Source of the DNA: an uncultured Clostridia bacterium
Lineage (GTDB): Bacteria; Bacillota; Clostridia; Christensenellales; Borkfalkiaceae
Reading direction: 5' to 3'
Assembly (NCBI GenBank): GCA_944376145.1
Contig: CALWBR010000027.1
Location: forward strand, 1 to 54,237
Length of the DNA stretch: 54,237 nucleotides
Part shown: positions 48,305-54,237 of the stretch, in pieces
Numbering within the stretch: position 1 is the first letter of the stretch
How the letters are laid out: each line of letters starts with the position of its first letter
Translations under genes and position numbers: made by a program
The notes under the pieces: model-generated
Database searches by the model: none
Told to the model about the DNA's origin: nothing
The model's input: the letters and a program-made list of their open reading frames with translations, nothing else

Positions 48305-49593
48305 ACGCTGTCGCTCCTGTTTTTATCGCGTTTGGCACTGCGCGGCAAACTGAGCCGCACCTCAAAGCCTTCCCCTTCTTCGGAAGTGAAGTGGATCATC
48401 CCGCCCAGAGCTTCCGCCTTGGCGCGCATGCCGGAGAGCCCGAACCCCTCCTTGAACCGCTTCATATCGGCGCCCTTTCCGTTATCCGAAAAGAGAAACT
48501 CAACATAGTTGCCCGCGTCCTTGAGTTCGAACAAAAACGCCGTTCCGCCGCCGTGGCGGATGCCGTTTGCCAAACATTCGTGCAAGGTGTTCGTGATAAA
48601 GCGCTCCGCCTCGTCGGAGAGCTCGATATCGTCGATCCGGCTGCGGATGTGCAGGTCGGTCCCGACGACGGACTCTTCCAAAATGGTTTCAAGATAGGAT
48701 TTAAAGGTCACGCTGTCGCGCTTGCCGGAGAGCAGATGCACGCTCGCGCGCAATTGCTCGAGGCAGTTTTTCGCCTGCAAGTTCGCCGCGATGATGCACC
48801 GCTGCGCCTTTTGCGGATCCTTTTCCAAAGCGAGCCGCGCCGCCTCCGTCTGCACGATGACCGTCGTCAGCGAATGCCCCGCCGTGTCATGGATCTCCTT
48901 GGCGATGCGGTTGCGCTCTTCGATGAGCGTCGCCTCCTCCAGCTTGTCATAGGCGTGCAACAGTTCGTTGCGCCCCTCTTCCAGTTCGCGCAGGTTTTCC
49001 TCGATCTGCCTGTTCTTGCGCCAGACGATCATCGCAAAATTGAAGATGACGAAATGCAAAACGCAGACGGAAAGCGCCGTAAAATACTCGGAAGAGATCG
49101 CAAACGCATTGGCGAGCTCGCGGCGGATCGCATAAAAGACGACGTTGGTGAGCGTGTACAGCCCGAAATTGGCGCCGAACATGGCAGAATCGTCTCGCAG
49201 CGAAGGCGCGGAGAGATAGAACTCGGAGAGCACGATCGCATACGAAAGGTAGGCGTACGCCTCCGAAAAGAGGGTCAGCGCCGTCAACAACACCGTATCC
49301 GCCACGTAGAACCCGATCTTTTTGGTAAAACTTTTGACGGCAAAGACCTTGCACACCATCAACACAAACAGCGCCAAGGAAATACCAACGGTGACGTACG
49401 CAAAGGCGGTCCCCTCCCACCGCCGCCCCGCCACGGGGTGCAGTGTGGCAAACGAATCGAAGGAGGAGAGCGAAACGACCGCTCCCGCGACCGCCAGCAA
49501 GACCAGCAGCACGATGCGGATCAGCTGCAGCACATTCCGCTCGTTGAACCTGCCGCCCTGCTGTGCGGGGCGGTCCTGCACGGGCGCGCTCAT
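48301..49593 (-). CDS. HisKA_3 membrane sensor kinase
   Basis: ERNRIAKEIHDTAGH, N..RH, DNGKG, GFGL.GM. Confidence 0.95.
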   Translation of the reverse strand: MSAPVQDRPAQQGGRFNERNVLQLIRIVLLVLLAVAGAVVSLSSFDSFATLHPVAGRRWEGTAFAYVTVGISLALFVLMVCKVFAVKSFTKKIGFYVADTVLLTALTLFSEAYAYLSYAIVLSEFYLSAPSLRDDSAMFGANFGLYTLTNVVFYAIRRELANAFAISSEYFTALSVCVLHFVIFNFAMIVWRKNRQIEENLRELEEGRNELLHAYDKLEEATLIEERNRIAKEIHDTAGHSLTTVIVQTEAARLALEKDPQKAQRCIIAANLQAKNCLEQLRASVHLLSGKRDSVTFKSYLETILEESVVGTDLHIRSRIDDIELSDEAERFITNTLHECLANGIRHGGGTAFLFELKDAGNYVEFLFSDNGKGADMKRFKEGFGLSGMRAKAEALGGMIHFTSEEGEGFEVRLSLPRSAKRDKNRSDSV

Positions 49594-51038
49594 TTTGCCG
49601 CCTCTTCCAGCCATGCCTGCGCTTTTGCAAGGCGGGCAAGACTCTCCTCTCTGCCCAAAAGCTCCGCCATTTCGCTTGCGCCGCCGGGCGTGCTCTCCTT
49701 GGCGGTGAGCGCGATGCGGACGCACCAAAGCACCTGCCCGTTCTTCATCCCGCGCTCCTGCGCCAGCGCGACGAGCGCTGCATAGATCGCGGCATTGGAA
49801 AAATCGGGCAGGGCGCTGAGCACCTGCGCCGCCGCGGGAAGAACGGCACGGGCGATCTCCGCATCCGTCTTCATCTTTTTGTTTTGGTATAAAACGGGGT
49901 CGATCCCGCTGAATCCGGCAAGAAAGTCCAACTTTTCGGGGATCTCGCCCAAGATCTCGGTGCGCGGCTGCACAAGGCGCAAAAGCGCCGCCGTATCGAA
50001 CTTGCCGTACGCCTTGCTCTTTTGCAGAAAGGGAAGCGCCGCCGCGGCGAACGCCTCCGCGCTCATGGCGCGAACATATTCGCCCGAAAGCCAGCGCAGT
50101 TTCGGTTCGTCGAAGATAGAGGGAGCCTTATGCAACCCGGAGAGGGAGAAGGCGTCGATCATTTCGGCAAGGCTGAGCTTTTCTCGGTTGTCGCCGGGGT
50201 TCCAGCCCAAAAGGGCGATGTAGTTGACGATCGCCTCTTTGATGTACCCTTTGGCGACCAGATCTTGGAAGCTCGCGTCGCCGTTGCGCTTCGAAAGCTT
50301 TTCGTGCGCGTTTTTCATGATGGGCGGCAGATGGATGTACGCGGGGCGCTCCCAGCCGAACGCGTCGTAGATCAGGTTGTATTTAGGCGTGGACGAAAGA
50401 TACTCGCTGCCGCGGATGACATGCGTGATGCCCATGAGATGGTCGTCCACCACGTTGGCAAAGTTGTACGTAGGCATGCCGTCGCTCTTTAAAAGCACGC
50501 CGTCTTCAATATCCTTAAAATCGACGGTGACCGTGCCGTAGACGAGATCCTCGTAGCTGCCGCTCCCTTCGGCGGGGATGTTTTGCCGAATGACATAGGG
50601 CACGCCCGCGGCGAGCTTTTCCGCCACCTCGTCCTTCGAAAGGTGAAGGCAGTGCTTATCGTACCGCCCGACGCCGTTTTCGTCCTTCAACGAATCCAGC
50701 CGCGCGCGGTCGCAAAAACAATAGTATGCGCCGCCCAACTCGACCAGCTTTTCCGCATATTCTTTGTAGGTCGCGGCGCGCTCGCTCTGGATATACGGAC
50801 CGCAGCAGCCGCCCATACCGGGACCTTCGTCGCAGACGATGCCCGCTTCGGCGAGCGTTTCGTAGATGACGCGCACGGCGTCCTCGACATAGCGGGAACT
50901 GTCTGTATCTTCGATGCGCAGAATGAACTTCCCGCCGTTCTTTTTGGCAAACAGGTACCCGTACAACGCCGTACGCAGATTGCCGATATGCATATACCCC
51001 GTAGGGCTGGGCGCAAAACGCGTCCTCACTTGGTTCAT
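49590..51038 (-). CDS. gltX: Glutamate-tRNA ligase
   Basis: RFAPSPTG, HIGN, KLSKR. Confidence 0.97.
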   Translation of the reverse strand: MNQVRTRFAPSPTGYMHIGNLRTALYGYLFAKKNGGKFILRIEDTDSSRYVEDAVRVIYETLAEAGIVCDEGPGMGGCCGPYIQSERAATYKEYAEKLVELGGAYYCFCDRARLDSLKDENGVGRYDKHCLHLSKDEVAEKLAAGVPYVIRQNIPAEGSGSYEDLVYGTVTVDFKDIEDGVLLKSDGMPTYNFANVVDDHLMGITHVIRGSEYLSSTPKYNLIYDAFGWERPAYIHLPPIMKNAHEKLSKRNGDASFQDLVAKGYIKEAIVNYIALLGWNPGDNREKLSLAEMIDAFSLSGLHKAPSIFDEPKLRWLSGEYVRAMSAEAFAAAALPFLQKSKAYGKFDTAALLRLVQPRTEILGEIPEKLDFLAGFSGIDPVLYQNKKMKTDAEIARAVLPAAAQVLSALPDFSNAAIYAALVALAQERGMKNGQVLWCVRIALTAKESTPGGASEMAELLGREESLARLAKAQAWLEEAAK

Positions 51039-51054
51039 AGCCCTTGACCTCCCG

Positions 51055-51759
51055 TCACGGAACTTGGTTCGCGCCCGCGCGCTCCTTCCTTGCCTGGTCC
51101 AGCCTGCCGCTGCAATAGTAGCTGAAGGAGCCGTTGCGCGTATAGATGATGTTGTCGTTGAGTTTTGTGCCGTAGAGCGCGCAGATGCGCAAGATCTCCC
51201 GCACCGCTTTATCGTCCTCGGCGGAAGGGTGCATGTCGCCGCTGGGATGGTTGTGCGCCACGATCAGCCCCTGCGGCCGGATCTGGGAGAGGATAAACCC
51301 GACGAACTTTGCGTCGATCCCCACGCGGTCATGCCGGGCGTTGCGCACCGAACGCAGATAGACGAGCGTCCCCTCGCCGCCGAGGCAATACAGTTCGAGC
51401 GTTTCTTCCTCCACGCCGCAAAAGCGCTCCTTCACAAACGCGCAGGTATCCGCAAAATTCAAAAAATGCGGACGGCGCGCACCGTCCTCCCGACGGATCC
51501 TGGAATAGAGCGTGCCGATCAGCGCGAGAAACTCCGCCGTATGCGCTCCGACGCCGTCTACCGTGCCGAGCAGGGCGGGCGGAGCGGAAAACACGCCGCG
51601 CAGGTCGCCGAACCCTTCCAACAGGTCGTGCGCAACAGGATTCGTGTTCTTCCTGGAAATGCAATAAAACAAAAGCATCTCCAAAAGCTCATGGTCGGAA
51701 ACAGACTCTTCATCCGCAAACAGCCTGTCTCGCATGCGCTCTCTATGCCCTTCGTGCAT
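51055..51759 (-). CDS. radC: RadC/JAB-domain protein
   Basis: GHRERMR, ELLEMLL, HhH, AHNHPSG..PS.ED. Confidence 0.9.
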   Translation of the reverse strand: MHEGHRERMRDRLFADEESVSDHELLEMLLFYCISRKNTNPVAHDLLEGFGDLRGVFSAPPALLGTVDGVGAHTAEFLALIGTLYSRIRREDGARRPHFLNFADTCAFVKERFCGVEEETLELYCLGGEGTLVYLRSVRNARHDRVGIDAKFVGFILSQIRPQGLIVAHNHPSGDMHPSAEDDKAVREILRICALYGTKLNDNIIYTRNGSFSYYCSGRLDQARKERAGANQVP

Positions 51760-51995
51760 GCACCTCTCTCCTTGCCGCGATCGTTCTGACAAGTACAACA
51801 AAGCAGTGCGTTTATTTTAACACATATGCCGCCGTTTGTAAACTTATTTTTGCATGCAAGCAAAAGGCGGCGCCTGCCTTCCCCGCCCTCCGCCAAGACC
51901 CGCGGCGGCACGCAAAAGCACGCCGACAAACCGAAACGGGCGCAGCTTTTGCTGCGCCCGCCCCTTCGCTGTTTTTTACACGGTCTGCCGCGGAA

Positions 51996-52889
51996 CTATA
52001 TGATCCCCTCCGTGAACTCTTCCGCATCGAACGGCTGCAAGTCGTCCAACTTTTCCCCTGTGCCGACAAAGACGACGGGGATACGCAGTTCGCCGCACAA
52101 GGATACGACGAACCCGCCCTTGGCGGTGCCGTCCAGCTTGGTCAAAACGATGCCGTCCAGTTCCACCGCCTCGTCAAAGAGCTTCGCCTGCGAAAGAGCG
52201 TTCTGCCCCGTCGTCGCATCCAAAACGAGCAACTTGTAGAAGTGCGCTTCGGGATAGTCGCGGCGGACGACGCGGTCCATCTTCTGCAATTCCGCCATCA
52301 GGTTTGCCTTGACGTGCAGCCTGCCCGCCGTATCGACGATGACCACATCCGTACCCTTTGCCTTCGCCGAAGAAACGGCGTCGTAAACCACGGCGGAAGG
52401 GTCGCTGCCCTCCTCGTGTTTGACGATGCGCACCTTTGCGCGGTCCGCCCAGACGGTGAGCTGATCGGCTGCCGCCGCACGGAAGGGATCCGCCGCGGCG
52501 ACGGTGACGCTCTTTTTTTCCTTGACGAAATAATTGGCGAGCTTGCCGATGGTCGTCGTTTTGCCGACGCCGTTCACCCCGACGAGCATGATCACGGCGG
52601 GATATTGCAGCTGCGGCACCTCCGCCTCGCAGAGGGTATCCTCGATGACGTCTTTGAGCAAATTGACGACGTACTCTTTATCCTTGAGCTTTTCCTTTTT
52701 TGCCTCGGCGCGGATCTGATCGACGATGTCCTCCGCGGTGACGACGGAAATATCGGCGGAGATGAGGATCTCCTCCAATTCATCGTAAAAATCCTCCCCG
52801 ATGCCCTTCTGAAAGAGCGCGGAAAGTTTGGTCGAAATGTTGTCCTTCGTCTTTTTCAATGCGCCGATGATCTTACCGAACAATCCCAT
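51996..52889 (-). CDS. ftsY: SRP receptor FtsY
   Basis: GVNGVGKTT, DTAGR, TKLDGTAKGG. Confidence 0.97.
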   Translation of the reverse strand: MGLFGKIIGALKKTKDNISTKLSALFQKGIGEDFYDELEEILISADISVVTAEDIVDQIRAEAKKEKLKDKEYVVNLLKDVIEDTLCEAEVPQLQYPAVIMLVGVNGVGKTTTIGKLANYFVKEKKSVTVAAADPFRAAAADQLTVWADRAKVRIVKHEEGSDPSAVVYDAVSSAKAKGTDVVIVDTAGRLHVKANLMAELQKMDRVVRRDYPEAHFYKLLVLDATTGQNALSQAKLFDEAVELDGIVLTKLDGTAKGGFVVSLCGELRIPVVFVGTGEKLDDLQPFDAEEFTEGII

Positions 52890-52905
52890 AAAACACCTCT
52901 AAATG

Positions 52906-53220
52906 CATTCACGAAAAAAGTTTTGAAAGAGACAAAACTTTTTTCCGTGATTTGAGAGACAACCGGCGGGCACGCCGCGTTGCGGCTAACCGCCGTTTTT
53001 CTCTCTGCGGCGCGCGCCATATGCTCTCGATCATAAGCGCGCCGCATTCACTCTTTCCGAATTGAGCCGCACGTATGCGGCAAATTGAGTGCGCTTAGCC
53101 AAAATTGCGATTTTGCCACGCGCAGTTACTTATTAAAATAATCTCTTTAAAATGATCTCCCGCGCAAGCAAAACCATACATTCACGAAAAAAGTTTTGAA
53201 AGAGACAAAACTTTTTCGTG
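52906..53220. repeat. Two copies of a 38-bp palindromic repeat in the smc-ftsY spacer
   Basis: CATTCACGAAAAAAGTTTTGAAAGAGACAAAACTTTTT at 52906-52943 and 53179-53216. Confidence 0.9.
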
Positions 53221-53225
53221 CCCCC

Positions 53226-54237
53226 TTACATCACCGTATCCCCGCCCAAACGGCTCTCCACTTCGGAGAGCTTGACGGAAACGATCTTGGAGACGCCCTT
53301 TTCCTCCATGGTGACGCCGAACAGACAGTCCGCCTTTTCCATGGTCGGTTTGCGGTGGGTGATGACGATGAACTGCGTCTCTTTGGCGAACTTCTTTAAA
53401 AACTGCGCGAACTTATCCACGTTCGCCTCGTCGAGCGCCGCCTCGATCTCATCGAGCACGCAAAACGGCATCGGGCGCAGCATGAGGATGGCGAACAGGA
53501 TGGCGATCGCCGTGAGCGCGCGCTCGCCGCCCGAAAGAAGCGAGATCTTCGTCAGCTTTTTGCCGGGCGGGCAGGCGACGATCTCCACGCCTGCCGACAG
53601 CGGGTCGTCGCATTCGGAATAATCCATCTGCAGCTCCGCCCTGCCCCCGCCAAACAGTTCGCGGAAGAGCTTTTTAAAGTTCTCGTTGATCTGGTTGAAG
53701 CCGTCGTCGAACTGTTTTTGCATCTCGCCTTTGAGCTGCTCGAGCGCGGCGGTCGCATCGTCGATGCCCTTTTGCACGTCGTCGCGCTGGGAGCACATCT
53801 CCGTATACTGGGCATTGAGCTGTTCGTATTCTTCGGGGGCGTTGTGGTTGATCGCGCCCAACGCGTTGATCTCCCGACGCAGACGGTTGACCTGCGTCTG
53901 CCCTTCGCGCACGTCGAACGCCTCGTCTTTATAGGCAAGGCAGCCCTCGTACGTCTCCTGGTACTCTTCCTCGATGCGCGCCTGCAAATTTTCGAGCTCG
54001 GAATCGATCTTCGTCAGGGCGATCTCCTGCGCGTGACGCTCTTCGGAAAGCTGTTCGATGCGCTCGTTGAGGGCGCGGCTCTTGCCGAGAGCGCTCTCCA
54101 ATTCCTCGTTCATCTTCTCCTTTTCGCGCTGTTTTTGCTCGCGCTCGGCGCGAAGCGCGGCAAGCTCCTGCTGCTGGGCGGGCGTGAGCGCCGTCCGCTC
54201 CGCCATCTCTTCCAGATCGACAAGCGTGGCGGCGATG
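53226..54237 (-). CDS. smc: Chromosome segregation protein SMC (C-terminal part)
   Basis: Coiled coil, PPGKK, LSGGE, LDEIEAALD, ITHRK; upstream of ftsY. Confidence 0.97.
   Translation of the reverse strand, partial: IAATLVDLEEMAERTALTPAQQQELAALRAEREQKQREKEKMNEELESALGKSRALNERIEQLSEERHAQEIALTKIDSELENLQARIEEEYQETYEGCLAYKDEAFDVREGQTQVNRLRREINALGAINHNAPEEYEQLNAQYTEMCSQRDDVQKGIDDATAALEQLKGEMQKQFDDGFNQINENFKKLFRELFGGGRAELQMDYSECDDPLSAGVEIVACPPGKKLTKISLLSGGERALTAIAILFAILMLRPMPFCVLDEIEAALDEANVDKFAQFLKKFAKETQFIVITHRKPTMEKADCLFGVTMEEKGVSKIVSVKLSEVESRLGGDTVM

Noticed and set aside
51055-51759. radC as a marker of a mobile element
   Set aside because: Full-length chromosomal type with host-like composition, between ftsY and gltX

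Overview
High-GC Firmicutes (Clostridia-like) chromosome segment, mostly minus-strand housekeeping genes: hrcA-grpE-dnaK with a CIRCE, pdp-deoC, obg-yhbY, nadD/yqeK-rsfS, TPP riboswitch-thiT, yqfC-yqfD-phoH-7TM/HD-ybeY-era, an hfsABCD-like [FeFe]-hydrogenase cluster, yybP-ykoY riboswitch plus P-type ATPase, NiaR-controlled nadABC, a two-component pair, gltX, radC, ftsY and smc. Two accessory loci stand out. (1) A ~9.3 kb locus (23753-32986) with two SipW-type signal peptidases, three proteins with SipW-class signal peptides (a TasA/CalY-like subunit, a 510-aa protein, a 1231-aa repeat adhesin) and a membrane-anchored TasA-like protein. It looks like a SipW-dependent surface fibre, with two G9 tracts that may give phase variation. 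(2) A 2.6 kb AT-rich islet bounded by an exact 38-bp direct repeat that includes the era stop codon. It encodes XRE, an ImmA/IrrE protease, DUF4417, an MGGRG-start toxin-like protein and a putative immunity protein, with a shared candidate operator. Also seen: a probable non-canonical phoH start, an in-frame TAG in the sensory hydrogenase, and several dispersed palindromic repeat families. All calls come from motif recognition by eye; no database searches were run.
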